Under the pieces are notes generated by a model. It was not told the DNA's origin and did no database searches. It saw only the letters and a list, made by a program, of their open reading frames with translations. A program made the position numbers and the translations under genes. From NCBI RefSeq assembly GCF_009914755.1, contig NC_060934.1: a stretch of DNA of 64,000 nt; one strand, given 5' to 3'. The number at the start of each line of letters is the position of its first letter. Within the stretch, counting starts at the first letter, position 1. Source of the DNA: the human T2T-CHM13v2.0 reference genome, Homo sapiens. Positions 40,646 through 55,328 of this stretch are shown here, in pieces.

Positions 40646-42847
40646 AACATTTTTTTTAATTATTATATATTTAGAGGGTACAAGTGTGGATATCTTCCAG
40701 GCATATATTGCATAGTGGTGAAGTCTGGGTGTTTAGTGCATCCATCACCTGAATAGTGAACACTGTACCTGACACAGTTTGGATTTGTGTCCCTGCCCAA
40801 ATCTCATGTTGAATTGGAGGAAGTGCCTGGTGGGAGGTGAGTAGATCATGGGGCAGATTTCCCCCTTGTTGTTCTTGTGACAGTGAGTGAGTTCTCATGA
40901 GATCTGGTGGTTTAAAAGTGTGTGGCACTTTCCCCTTTGCTCTCTCTCTCCTGCTGTCATGTGAAGAAGGTGCTTGCTTCCTCTTCCCCTGAGTGTAAGT
41001 TTCCTGAGGCCTCCCAGTCATGCTTCCTGTTAAGCCTGTAGAACTGTGAGTCAATTAAACCTCTTTTCTTCATAAATTACCCAGTCTCAGGTAGTTCTTT
41101 ATAGCAGTGTTAGAACAGACTAATACCGTACCCAACAGGTTATTTTTCCACCCCTCAGCTGCTCTCCCATCCTCCCGTCTTTTGTAGTTTCCAACGTGTA
41201 TTACTCTACTCTGTATGTCCGTTTGTACCCACTCTTTAGCTCCCACTTCTTGTAAGTGAGAACATGCAGTACTTGATTTTCTGTTTTGAGTTGTTTCACT
41301 TAGGATAAGGGCCTCCAGTTCCATCCATGTCACTACAAAAGACATGATTTCATTCTGTTTTATGGCTGCATAGTATTCATATATATATGCCACATTTTCT
41401 TCATTCAGTCCTGCACTCATGGGCACTTAGGTTGACCTTAGGTTGATTCCATGTTCCTATTGTGAATAGTGCTGTGATAAACATACAAATGCAGATAACT
41501 TTTTGATATAGTGTTTTCTTTCCCTTTGGGTATATACCAGTTATGAGATTGCTGGATCAAAGAGTAGTTCTATTTTTTTTGTTCTTTGTGGATTCTCCAC
41601 ACTGTTTTCCATAGAGGTTGAACTCTATCCATTCCCACTAATAGTGTACAAGCATTTTCTTTTCCCCACATCCTTGCCAACTCTGTTGCTTTTTGATTTT
41701 TAATAATAGCCATTCTGACTGGTATAAGATGGTATCTTACTGTTGCTTTAATTTGTATTCTGTGATAATTAGTGCTGTTGAGCATTTTTTCCATATGTTT
41801 TTTGGCTGATGTATATCTTCTCTCTGCTTATATCCTTTGCCCACTTTGTATTGGGGTTATTTGGTTTTTCTTTCCTTGTTGAGTTGTTTGAATTTCTTGT
41901 AGTTTCTAAATATTAGCCCTTTGTCAGATGTGTAGTTTGCAAATATTTTTTCCCATCCTTAGGTTGTTTGTTTACCTTGCTGATTCTTTTGCTGTGCAAA
42001 AGTTTTTAGTTTAATTAAGTCTCAATTTGTCTATTTTTGTTGTGTTTGCTTTTGAGAACTTGATCATAAATTCTTTGCCTAGGCCTATGTCCAGAACAAG
42101 TTTTCCTGGGTTTTCTTCTAGGATTTTTATAGTTTCAGGTCTTACCTTTAAGTCTTTAATCCACTTTGAGTCAATTTTTGTACATGGTGACAAGTATGGG
42201 TCCAGTTTCATCCTTCTGCATATGGCTATCCAATTGTCCCAGCACCATGTATTGCATAGGATGTCCTTTCCCCAGTGTACGTTTTTGTTGACTTTGTCTA
42301 AGATCAGTTGGCTGTAGATATGTGGCTTTATTTCTGGGTTCTCTCATCTGTTCCATTGATCTATGTATTTTTACACCAGTACTGTGCTGTTTGGGTTACT
42401 ATGGCCTTGTAGTGTACTTGAAGTCAGGTAATGTGATGCCTCTGGCTTTGCTCTTTTTGCTTAGGATTGTTTTAGCTATTAGGGTTTTTTTTTTTTGGTT
42501 TAATATGAATTATAGAATAGTTTTTTCTAATTCTGTGAAAAATGACATTGGTAATTTGATAGGAATTGTGTTGAATCTGTAAATTATTTGGGCAGTATGG
42601 TCATTTTAATTGTATTGATTCTTCCAATTCTTGGCACGGGATGTTATTCCATTTGTTTGTGTCATCTATAATTTCTCATCAGTGTTTTGTAGTTCTCCTT
42701 AGAGAGATCTTTCACCTCCTTGGTTAAATATATTTTTTTGGTAGCTAATGTAATTGGAATTGCCTTCTCAATTTGGTCCTCTGCTAGATTGTTATTGGGG
42801 TATTGAAATGCTACTTATTTCTGTATGTAAATTCCCAAAACTTTACT
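40646..42847 (-). mobile_element. 5'-truncated L1 (L1PB-like) with ORF2 C-terminal remnant
   Basis: ORF 42011-42211(-) [34 protein letters not shown] is L1 ORF2. TSD gtattcaca(g/t)tctttt at 40630-40645 and 42848-42863. Confidence 0.93.
40770..41127 (+). mobile_element. THE1D/MSTA-type solo LTR inserted in L1
   Basis: tgacacagtttggatttgtgtccc..caaatctcatgttg...caattaaacctcttttc..gactaatac. TSD GTACC at 40765-40769 and 41128-41132. Confidence 0.93.
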
Positions 42848-43499
42848 GTATTCACATTCTTTTGTAATAAGATATAATAAGAGGAAGTGAGCATGATGGT
42901 GGAGGAATAAACAATGTGCAGGGGCAAGGAGAATGGAATGTTGAACTCTGCCTGGCGGACTCTGGGCTGGCATCTTAGGAGGTGATATTTGAGCTTAGTC
43001 CTTAGGAGTGAACAGCGCTTGCCCCTGAGGCAGCTCATTTCCTTTTTGAAAAGTCCTTCCTTACATTGAATAAAAATGTGTGCTTCATTAATTTTTACTT
43101 AAACTCTGAATGATCATTATAACCCAAACCAATGACTCTTGAGGACTTTGATCTCAATGGGTGGAAAGACACCAGGAATGTATAAAGCTTGCTTTCAGTA
43201 AGTCTCTGCCTTATGGAGGGTCCCTTGAAAGGAATGTACAGAATATTCTCATTTCCTGGATAATAAATTCCTAAATAAGAATTTTTAGGGATCACCAGAG
43301 GAAACTACTAGCTAGTTAATATTTCAGCAAGCATGAATTCTTAGGCAAATGGCCCATCTTCCTGCTGCACGCTTCCGGGTAGCTCTCTCCTGCGTGCAGG
43401 AGGAAGATGGGAAGATACACAAGCAATGAGATGACATGCAAAGTGTGAAGAGCCCGTTCCTTGATCTAGAAATCTAGGAGATATCAGGGACCCCTCTCC

Positions 43500-44395
43500 T
43501 GCATAATCTATCACCACTTCCTGTTAACCCTAACCTTGCCTGGGCTCCAGCCACTTTTTCTGTCCCCTATGCCCCCAGTGTCTCTTCCACGAATGGTTGC
43601 AACAGCCTCCTGCCTGCTCTCCATTGTTTCCATTCATTCACATCTTTCTCTAGCCATTCTCCTTTCAAATAGTCAGGGATGCTAAAAACTGCAAATTTGA
43701 TCATGTCACCCCAGCCAGAAGCCCTTCAATGCCTTCCCATGACCTGAAAATCAAGCCCAACCCATTTTACATGGTTTATAAGCCCTGTAGATGCTGGCCT
43801 CACCAACCTGTTCAAACACTTTCAAACCACTCACACCTTTGCTCTCTCACACCTACTGCCCCCATCACTAGACTTTTCTTAGTCCTTTGAACACACTGGG
43901 GCTCTACCTCATGCTCGGGCCTTTGTACAGACTTTTCTCCTTGCCTGAAACACACAAAACCTCCCTTCCCCTTCCTCCATCTGTCACTTCTTCTGCCTCC
44001 AAACATTCAAACAGCTTCCTCTTGCATTCACCACGCTCTCTCTCTCTCTCTCACACACACAGGCACACACACACACACACACATACACACACACCTCCTT
44101 AGTTTACTCACGTCTCAATTTTCCTCCATGGTTTAATTTAAATGGCACTTCCAGCAGGAAGCCAGTTCCTTCCTAACTTCCTTGGTCCCCCTCCCATCAT
44201 AAGCTACCCCAGTGCCCCTGCATTTCTGCTTCCAAACAATCATCACTCTAGATTGTAATTCTTTGGTTAATGCTTGTATTCCCAGCTAGACCAAGAACTC
44301 AACAAGAGCAAGCACTGGGTCTCTCTTGCTTAATTTTGTGTCTCTAAACTGACACATAGTAAGCCCTCAGTAAATATATATTGAATGAAATAATA
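43500..44395 (+). mobile_element. L2, 3' portion, containing (CT)n(CA)n repeat at about 44035-44094
   Basis: gcaacagcctcct..tgatcatgtcacc..cttcaatgccttcccat...cacatagtaagccctcagtaaatatatattgaatgaa. Confidence 0.8.
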
Positions 44396-45009
44396 AGTGA
44401 CCCAAATGATTAACACGAACTTGTAAACTATTTGGGAAAAAAACAACTATTCAGGTAAACTCAGAGGGTGATTAGATTATTCCATGAGAGAAAAAGAAAG
44501 GTAGGAGAGTTTCTCTCTTTTTCAAGAAATTGAATCTAGGGGAAAAAACAGACTGTTAGAAGCCAGAGATGGAACCTGTTCAGGGCACTGCAGTGAAACG
44601 CTTTGGAAACTGGGAAGAGACACCCCACCCAAAGGAGCTGTTGTTATTATTTACCAAGAGTAGATTTTTTTTGATCTGCTCCCTTTGTATGGGGGCAAAG
44701 AGTGATCTATAGAGAGGACGATTCAATGACAAAGCCAGGGCCTGAAAGGTGGCCTTTTGTCCAAACTCAGCTGCAGCATCTCTGAAGACTCCTTGTTTTC
44801 TAATCCCTCGACCTGGCTTTCAGAGCCCTCCAGAATCCGTTCTTATCTGACTTTTCCTTTCCCTCTGTATTGTTCTTCATCAAATATCCTTCACTTTGGT
44901 GAGTCAGCAAATCAGCAGATGGAAATACACCAGGCACCTTTTTGTATAAGACCCTATATTAACAGCTTTAGGAAATTCAAAGAAGAACCACTCAGCCAGT
45001 GAGACTACC

Positions 45010-45225
45010 AGCCCTGAAATCTGATGGCTTGGATTTGGCTTCCTGCTTTGTGTTTTTGTAGGTATGTGATCAGAGGAGGTTACTGAACCTCTTAGAGCTT
45101 ATTTGGTATATGTTTCCTCTCAGAGTTGTTGTGAAGACCAGATGAGATAATATATGTAAAGTGTTTGGCTGGCTCCACAGGTCATAGTAAGAGCTCAGTA
45201 AGTGTTAGCGTTGTCATCATCATCA
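45010..45225 (+). mobile_element. MIR
   Basis: gttactgaacctct..gagttgttgtgaagaccagatgagataatatatgtaaagtg..catagtaagagctcagtaagtgttagc. Confidence 0.8.
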
Positions 45226-46503
45226 TCATCACCGTTCTGTACAATTCCTCCCTTCAGTTGGAGATTCAAGTCATAGGCATATAGAAAATAGCTAACAGCA
45301 CAAGAGAGTATGTATTAAGCTCCAAATGGCACATTATTTTTTCTTTCCACTTTCTCACTTCCCTCTCCTCCCATTCTTTCCTTCTCTCTTGTTTCAAAGC
45401 CAAGAAACACAGCCTGATCCATTTGTTTCTTTTCGACGAAGCTCTCTCAACCTTTACATTGATAGCAGTCTCGCTCGCTCTCCTCTGAATTCATGGTCTG
45501 AGTCATCCATTTAATTTTTAATTATATATTACCTTTTATATCTCCTTCAGATCTTGTTTCTCCCAAATATGAGCTTATTGAGGGCATGGCAGGGTCTTGG
45601 TTTTGTTTGTATCCTCCGCTAATCAGAAGCAAACATTTCTGGAGCACCTGTGTGAGAGCTGACAATGTGTGTTGTGGGCACACCAAGTGCTAGGGCAGAG
45701 CTTAACTGGGTAGATATTCAGTATTTGGCAATAGATTGATCTAATATTGTTTTATAAGAGGGTATAAAGCTCATACCTGCCTTTGCAAGGAATTAAATTA
45801 TTTAAGCACCAAGGCTATGTAGCTTAAAGCAAGTAGTCAATTAGGTTACTTAAATTAATTTTTGGCAGCAGCTAATCGGAGCCTGGAGTCTTCTGTCTTT
45901 AAATACCTAATCCAACACAACAAAATAAAATGATTAAGTATTTCTTAAACAATATTATTCTAAGACTTAAAATATGGGATTTAATTAAAGTTGTTAATCT
46001 TTTTATAGAAATTAATTTCAAGTAGTTCATTTTGAAAAAAAAGGGGACCTTGCATTCCTCAGGATTCTGACTGTGAACATTCCTCACTCAGGCCACCAAT
46101 TCCTATAATATCTGGGGGCCAGAATAGGGGATATCCTGGATACTTCTAAATTGCAGGATTTGGAATTCAGTCTTCTAAACTAGCCATGGTTTCATATTCC
46201 AGGTATGTCAACTTTTCAGACACAAATAAAACCCAGCCTCTTTCCCAGGGTCACTGAGTGGATCTAAAATTTGTAAATGATCAATGCATTAAAGGAATAA
46301 TGTTGATCCCATCATTTATTTCTAAGATAAGATGAAATTCATAATTCTGAATTGTACATGAGCATAAACCAAATATAACCAAGCACATAAAAACCACAGG
46401 TTTGCCCACTCACCTCCACACCTCCGCTTACATACACATGTGCATGTGCCCACACAGAGTTCCCTCTAAAGTCTCCCTTCACCTTCCAAGATGAGTCAAT
46501 CTC

Positions 46504-46735
46504 TGTATTGGAAAGACCTCAGGCTTTGGAGTCAGATGGAGCTGGAATCAAAGACTTTTCTACAATTAACCATTTGTGCTGAAATTACTTACTGCCCCTA
46601 AATAAACCTTGGTTTCCTCAGCTGTAAAAAGGATGTAACAATACTTGTCTCGTAGGCATATTTGAAGATTAAATGTGATAATAAAATTAAAATGCTAATA
46701 TAGTATCTGGTATATTATAAGTACTCAATAAATGT
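46504..46735 (+). mobile_element. MIR
   Basis: ggctttggagtcaga..gtttcctcagctgtaaaa..gattaaatgtgata..gtactcaataaatgt. Confidence 0.85.
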
Positions 46736-47760
46736 CACGTTTCTCCCAGATTCCCCTAGACAGAATGAACCTCTCCTTCCAGTACAATCCCACTGCTCTT
46801 AGAATAAATTAAAATTCTTAAATTCTCTGATAGAGTTTAACATGTGGTATTTTAATTTTTTAATGCATTTATCTTTTTCCTTAGCTAAGTTTTGGGTTTT
46901 ACCTTATTATTCCCAATGTTTAGCACAGTGCGTGTCCCCCAGTTGGATGAATGGGTGAAAGATAAGATGAATGGGCAAAACTTCTCTTATAGCAAGCAGA
47001 TTCAAATTGCATAATCTTTTTTTTTTCACTTTTATTTGGAACTAGGAATGTCTGAAAGATGGCGAGTAAATAGAAATTGAAATGAAGAAAATGTCTAGAA
47101 AACCTCATCAACAGAATAATGAGCTATGCTAGAATATTCATATTGTAGTTTAAGTTTGTAGCAAACATGTCAGCTAATAGAAAACATAAAGGGAAGCAAC
47201 AGTGGGGGAACCTGCATTCATTCTGATAGAGACACGTGCAGTCGAAATGCTACAAGCTTCAAGGAACTTATGCTAGGCATAAAGTGAGGGACTAGAGAGA
47301 AGCAAGCTGCAAGTCACAACTCCCTCTCAGAGGTGCTGCAGGCCAGAGGAAATCTTGGCAGATTGCCCTAATTTGTAGGAGGCAGAGCAGAATGTGAAGG
47401 TGGTTGGGGAAAAGCGAGAGATTCTGCAACCTATAGTACTGTTCAGAGCCTAGAACATTCAGAGATTTAATAAAAGTAAAGCTCTTTGAAGATCATGGAG
47501 AATCTGTATTTGTCTGGATGAATTACTTAATTTCAAAGATAAAGAAAGGAGAACTTCTCCACAGGGTGGGAGTGGCACAGAGGGAAATCCAACCAGTCTC
47601 AGACTTGGCCACAGCAGGATTCACTGCCAGAGGAAGATGGAAAGGTGTACGGCATGATCCAACCGCAAGAAAGACCCATGAATACTACACCCATCGAAAC
47701 TGTCTGGAAACAGGCAGATATTGGAACCCCAGAGCCCCTCTTAAAAAAATACTTATGATG

Positions 47761-48071
<311 letters not shown>

Positions 48072-49090
48072 TCACCAAGATGACTCAAAATAAAGATTTC
48101 AAGCACAGAGAATTGATGGTAAAAGGATGGGCCAAGTCCCTTTAGAAACAGAAGTAAAACCAAACGCCAGGGTATAGATGGCCTCTTGTGCAGATGTCCC
48201 TAATGTATCTATGAAACCTTCCTGAAAAACCAAAAGCAAACCCAGAAGAATCCTCCCGGAACAAACAAACCGAGAACCTTAAAGATGTTCTACATCTAAG
48301 AAAGGAACTTATAAATCACATAAATAAGAAAGTATTGGTATGAATTAACTGCATTAAAAGTAAATAACTTTGTGAATATAATTACAAATAAATGCAAATG
48401 TGATAATTTGTGAAAGGAAATGTATATACTGTAAACAATGATTGGAGCAGAAAAAAGAAGTTAATTATATGCTGCTTTCCTAATTCTGCATAAAGATGGA
48501 AAATGAGGACACCCATGGATAGTGTTTAATTATTAAAATCCAGAAACAGGAGGTCAGTCAAGTTTTTTTTAATTTTAAAACAACTGCTAATAATGTTTAA
48601 AATAAGCTCTATATATGTATTCCAAATTATTCGGAAAAAAAAAGAAAGAAATCATGGTTCATACAGACAAAAAGACAACACAAATAAAACTTCCCTGGGT
48701 TGTGGAATTGTCCCTCTCTGCTGGGGCCATTTTGGTCCCTCAGTCGACCTTGCTCTAAGACCCAAGTCCAGCTCCTTTCTGCATGTCCACATCTGGCTCT
48801 CAGGAACACACTGCCCATGTCTGTTCACTGCCCAAGTCTGGAGGTTTAGGATGTCCCCCTGACAGTTTTGACCACAGGCTGTCCCGCCAGGTAAAGGCAC
48901 CCTCAGCCACAGGCTCTTGACTTCGTGTTTCCTGGGCAGGAAGCACACAGGGGTCCCAGTCAACCCTCTGAGTGAAGGAGCAGCACTTCTCCGTGGGGTG
49001 AGGGTGAACTGCACCCCCACCAACTCTCTCCAAAGAAGTCCTAACCCCTGATTCGTCACCTCGAGGATTTCTTAGACCTTTCCTAAATAA

Positions 49091-49274
49091 GAACGGTCCT
49101 TAAAGTGTGGTCGTGGGACCAGCATCAGCATCACCTGGGGACTTGTTAAAATGGCAGTTTCTCAGGCCTCCCTGCAGATCTACTGAATCAAAAACTCTGG
49201 GGGTGGTCCCCCAATCTGTGTTGTAAGAAGCCCTCCAGGGCCTTCTGATGCATGTGGAAGTTTGAGAACCACCG
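49091..49274. mobile_element. MER5A (hAT-Charlie)
   Basis: aaagtgtggtc..accagcatcagcatcacctggg.acttgtta..tactgaatca.aaactctggggg..aagtttgagaaccac. Confidence 0.9.
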
Positions 49275-49559
49275 TTCCATCACAAGCGTGGAAGCGGGAG
49301 AGAGGCATGTGTGGGAATTTTGTGTCCATTGTTCCTCACCTCTTTGCAAGTCCCATGCAAGAGGCTGAGCAACTTAATTTAGATTGTACGGATGCCAAAG
49401 CTCCAAAGTACCTAGAAGAGTCATGTAAAATAAAATTCAGTACAGACAAAACATTAAATAGGAGGGTACTTTTTTTGAAAAAAGAACTTAAAGTATATAT
49501 ATAAAAAGATATAACACAAAGCTTGTTAAATACAGGAAATATTGAACATAAATATATTA

Positions 49560-51490
49560 GTAGAGAAACTGTTTTACATATTTTTTCTCAGTATTTTATA
49601 TAAATAATAATTTAGGGATCTGAACAATGTAATTATATGATTGACTTAATAGCTATATGTAGAACTTTAACCTAAAAGAATGCCGTTTTGTGTGTGTGTA
49701 CACCCATAAAACATTGACAGATATTGACTCTGTATTTGTCCTAAATGAAAACATCAATAAATTTCTAAAAGTAGAAGTAGCATAGGCTACCTCCTCTGGC
49801 TACAATGCAATTAAATCAAAATATTAATAGCAAATGCTTCAATCAAAATTTTTATAAGCTCCTGAAATTAAAAGTTCTATACTAGTAACTTATGAGGTGT
49901 AAAGAAAATCAAAACCTTAATTTCAGCAATATGTTAAAAAATGATCAAGTATAATTTATTCCAGGAATATATAATAGGTTTAATACTGAGAAATACATGA
50001 CTATAATAGAGTGGATCAGTTGATCAAAGGATTAACATCATGTGGCCATCTCAACAGATACCAAAAAAAATCTGGCAAAAATCAATAGTTATACTTAATA
50101 ACTCTTCCGAAACACTAGCCATCATCATATTAATGGTGCTATATATAGTAGAGGCATTTCCATTAAAATAGGGGAGAAAACAAAGATAGCCACTGGATGT
50201 TTTAGCTAGTGCATTAAAACAAAATTTTAAAAATGAGTTCATTAGAAACAATTTTCATCATTTATAAATGACACATTTATAAATTCTGAAAGAATAGTCT
50301 GAAAAATCTATTACAATTAAGTTCAGTAAGAGACCTGATTGCAAAACAAATATAAATATGGCTTTGCTTTATTTAGCAATATTTATTATGAAAGGATAAT
50401 AAAAGAAGCTCATATTTTGTGTATATATATATATATATATAAACATATATATATATAAACAAATATTTACTCATGCAGGATCTATTTGATGAAAAACCAC
50501 CAAACTTGAAGGGAGGCCTAAAACAGACCTCAATAGATGGAGAGCAATGCCTTGTTCCTGGGTGGGATGGTGCAAGATTGTACAGATAAGGACACTTCTC
50601 AAGTTAGTCAATAAATAAAATGCAATTCCAATTAAATCCCAACAGCATTTGGGGTGGGAGGACTTAACATATTGATTTAAAATTCATTAGAAGAATAAAT
50701 GCTTAAGAATAAACAAAAACAACTGATAGAAAAAGAAGAGGAAGTTGACCTTCCGGCTGTTAAAATATACTGTGAAGCTGCAACAATTAGGAATGTGGTA
50801 CCAAAATAGGCAAGACAGATAAATAAAACAGAATAGCTAACTCAGAAAGAGACTGTATGTGGAACATAGTACATGTGAAAAATTAGCACTATTTTAAAAA
50901 TTGGTATGAATGGTGCTGAATGAACTGCTAACTGTTGTTTGAAAAAATAAACTTAGATTTATTTTTTCTACCTTATGACATGTATCAAACTAAATTCTAT
51001 CCATATTAAAGATTCTATCCAATAATAAATATCAATATAGTGCTTATCATGTTTCAGATACTTAAATGTTAAAGTCATAAAAACATGAGATGAGAATTTT
51101 GATGACTGTTTAGAAAGATCTTGTGAAAACAATAAAATTTTGATAGATGTGATTACATAAAAATTGTAAGTTTCCGAAAGTCAATAAATAACCTAAATAA
51201 AAGTAAGAGCAAACAATAAACTGAAAAGATATTTTCAATCTGCATGACAGCCAAAGGGTTACCATATCGAAAATAGAAAAAATATTATTTACAATCGAGT
51301 TAAAATAAAAAACCTGAAACAACTCCAATAAAAGAGAGACCAAGGATATTAACAAACAATTCCATTGGAAAAAGTAGAAATGGCTGATAGCATATTTTAA
51401 AACTTTTCAGCTTTCTAATAAGCAAAGAAGTGCAATCAAAACAACATTCTATTTTGCTTATTTTTAATGTAAAATAAAAAATAGAAATGT
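49560..51490 (+). mobile_element. Ancient L1 (L1M/L1ME) ORF2 relic
   Basis: A-rich, with decayed endonuclease/RT-region words (ctctggctacaatgcaattaaa; atgatcaagt..tttattccaggaat; aatgcaattccaat). Appears to resume at about 55900-56260. Confidence 0.75.
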
Positions 51491-51854
51491 AAAAAGCATA
51501 ATGTGAAAAATGTCTATGTATTTATCACCCAGAAATAACATTTTGTCATTTTTACTCTGTATGTGTGTGTATGAAAAAGAACATTACAAATGAAACCAAA
51601 AACTTCTCAGGTCTATCATCTTTGTCCCTTGCTCCTGAGATACAGCCATTAAAAAGAACTTGGTGCATATACTTTGAGTCTGTGTTTTAATATTATTACT
51701 ATACAGCTGCTATATATAAAACATGATATGTAGAGTATCAGCTTGATGTTTTCCAAACTTCATAAATAAGTGCTATCATACTATATCTGACAATATATGA
51801 TCTTGCCTCTTTTTACTTATTGTTTTGTTTTTGAGATAAATTCATAATGGAGCA

Positions 51855-52208
51855 TGTATTAGTCCATTTTCATACTGCTGATAAAGACATACCAAAGACT
51901 GGGCAATTTACAAAAGAAAGAGGTTTATTGGACTCACAGTTCCACACGGCTGGGGAGGCCTCATAATCATGGCAGAAGGTGAAAGGCACATCTCACATGG
52001 CAGCAGACAAAAGAGCTTGTGTAGGGAAACTTCCCTTTTTAAAATTATTGGATCTCATGAGACTCATTCACTATCATGAGAACAGCACAGGAAAGACCTG
52101 CCCCCATAATTCAATCACCTCCCACTGGGTTCCTCCCAGGACACCTGGGAATTGTGGGAATTTTAATTCAAAATGAGATTTGGGTGGGGACACAGCTAAA
52201 CCATATCA
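51855..52208 (-). mobile_element. THE1 solo LTR (THE1A/B-like)
   Basis: tgtattagtccattttcatactgctgataaagacatacc...gagatttgggtggggacacag.taaaccatatca. TSD GAGCA / GGGCA. Confidence 0.95.
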
Positions 52209-54410
52209 GGGCATCTAGATACAGTTCATTTATTTTAGTTTTGATTTTATTTCAATGTATGAATATACCACAATTTATTTATTAATTACTTGTGAATATT
52301 TAGTCATTTCTAAGCTTTTACTGATAAACATACTGCAATGAACATTCTTTGTATGCATATGCAAGAGTGTCTCTCGAAATTGGGTTGCAAGATCTTAGGG
52401 GATGGACCTCTTGAGTTTTGCCTGATGCTAACAAACTGCTCTCTAAAGTGATTTTTTAAATTTACATCAGCAGTATTTCTCAAAATCCTCACCAGTGCTT
52501 AGATATGTCAAACTTTGACATTTTTGCTAATCTGAAATGGTGTCTAATTATTATTTTAATTTGCATTTCTGTAATTACTAGTGAGTTAATGGAAAATTTT
52601 AAGTGTTTCTTGGCCATTTAAATTTCGTCTTTCATGAATTGCCTGTTCATATTATTAAGCCATTTTTTCTACTGGAGGGTGTTTTTTTCTTGTTGATTGG
52701 TAGGTTATTCTGAGCACTAAGGATTTTCTTGTCATATGTATAGAAAAGACTTCCTAGTCAAAAGCTGGCCTTATAACTTTGTTTATGATGTCTTTAGTCT
52801 TGTAGATGTTTTATTTTTTGATTTGGCCAAATTTATTATCCTATTCTTAATATATTGTGCTTTTTGTACTCGTCATTAAGAAATGCTTTCCCACTCTAAA
52901 GGCATTTGACTATATTTTATATTTGTGGTTTGTATAGTTTTGTAATTTTATGTTCATTCTTTATCTTGAATTTAGTTTTTGTGTATGTCATGAGGTAAAG
53001 ATCATTTTTAATAACACAGACATGCAGCTATCTCTAACATTATTAACTGTACAGTCCATCATTTTCCTGCTGTTTGCAATGTCACATTGGTCACATTCCA
53101 AGTTCTCATTTATGCTCTGCTCTGTTTTGTGCTTTCCAATCTATCAATCTGTTTACAGGTCCCCTACCACCTCCAAACTGTTTTACTTACTATAACTTGC
53201 AGTAGACTTAATATTCAGTATAACAAATCTTTTCTTCTTATTATTCCCACTCTCCCGCCCTCTTACACTTCTAGGAGTTTCTTCATTATTCTTGGATCTT
53301 TACTTTTTGAATGAACTTGGAGTGATTGCCCTAGTGGACTGAGATATCCCATTGGAGTTTTGATGAAGATCAGAAATTGTTATCTTTATAATATTGAGTC
53401 TATGAATCTGTTAACATGGATTTCACTTGATCACAGCTTTTCTATAATCTTCAGTGGTGCCTCCCCTTTTCTCCGTGACCTTATTATACATCTTTGTTTC
53501 ATTTATTCCCAGGTTCCTTATAGATTTTACTGTCATTGTAAATGCCATGATTTTGTTCTTTTTCATATTCCAATTGGTTAGTTGTTGTATATTGAAAAGT
53601 GACTTTTTTGTATATTTTGATCTTGTAGTCAACAGCCCCACTAAGCTCTCTTATTTCTTTTAATCATTTGTCTATAGAGTACCTTGGATTTTGCTTGTAG
53701 AGTATGATATGTTCAAATACTTTGCATTCTTAAAGAAAATTACTTATTTTATCTATTTCTTTCTAATTTGTTGGCATATAATTTTTGTAGTATCTTCATA
53801 TAATTTTAAATATCTCCATCTGTAGGTGCATACTTTTTTGATTCTTAATACTATTTGTGCTTTCTTTTTGCTTTGAACAATCTTTATACATATTTGCCTA
53901 TTTTATTAATATTTATTAAAGCAGCTAATTTTTTTGTTGATAATCTTGATTCTTTTTCCTTGGTGTTCTATTTCATTAATTCTGCTTTTTGTTTTTTTAT
54001 TTTTTTGGCTTTTTAAATGAAATAGCTCCTGCTTATCCCCATCCTTTATTATTTTTCAATAAATATGCTTAAGTCTACACATTTCACCTTAAGCATTTCT
54101 TTAAGTTGTGTCCCACCTGTTTTTATATGGAGAATTTTGCTATTATTTATATCTGAATATTTCATAATTTCCATTATGACTTTTTTTTGTATAATATATG
54201 GATGATTTATGATTGACCTTTTTTTCATTTCCAATGTTTGAAACTATCTTTTTATACTGGATTTATGACTCAATTGCTTTATAATCAGATAACTGGTTTT
54301 TACACTATCAATTTTCTGGATATGAGTTTTGGTATAGCTGTGGCTAATATAATATTTATCCTGTAAATTGAATGGGTTTGTTTTTGAAATTTCCACTTTG
54401 GTTATTTTCA

Positions 54411-54737
54411 CTTTTGTTTATTTATTATTTATTTTTTTAATTAATTTATTATTTTTTGAGACAGAGTCTCGCTCTTTCACCCAGGCTGGAGTGCAGTGGC
54501 ATGATTTCAGCTCACTACAACCTCTCCCTCCTGGGTTCAAGCAATTCTCTGCCTCAGTCTCCCGAGTAGCTGTGATTACAGATGCCTGCCACCACTCCTG
54601 GCTAATTTTTTGTGTTTTTAGTAGAGACGGGGTTTCACCATCTTGGCCAGGCTGGTCTTGAATTCCTGACCTCATGATCCACCCGCCTCAGCCTCCCAAA
54701 GTGCTGGGATTACAGGTGTGAGCTCCCATGCCCGGCC
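54411..54737 (-). mobile_element. AluS (Sg-like)
   Basis: Full dimer, reverse orientation. TSD core tttggttattttca on both sides. Confidence 0.93.
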
Positions 54738-54765
54738 CATTTTTGGTTATTTTCAAACCTGCCTT

Positions 54766-54794
54766 CTCTCTATCTCTCTGTCTCTGACTCTCTG

Positions 54795-54836
<42 letters not shown>
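54766..54836. repeat. (CT)n/(CTGT) polypyrimidine repeat
   Basis: Read directly. Confidence 0.9.
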
Positions 54837-54837
<1 letters not shown>

Positions 54838-55006
54838 ATAGTGCTCTGCTTATATCTTATGGCTTCTTTGACTTCCTTAACTCCTTGGATAGTCTCAAGA
54901 TTATTTCAAATTATTATTTTATATCCAGTATTTGGAGTGCATAATTCCCATGGTTATGTGGTCTCCTCTTCCTCCATCGTGGTTTATTTCCCCATGTGGT
55001 TTGTAA

Positions 55007-55328
<322 letters not shown>

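Noticed and set aside
41070-42582. ORFs similar to L1 ORF2
   Set aside because: Truncated, frameshifted L1 relic; cannot be active.
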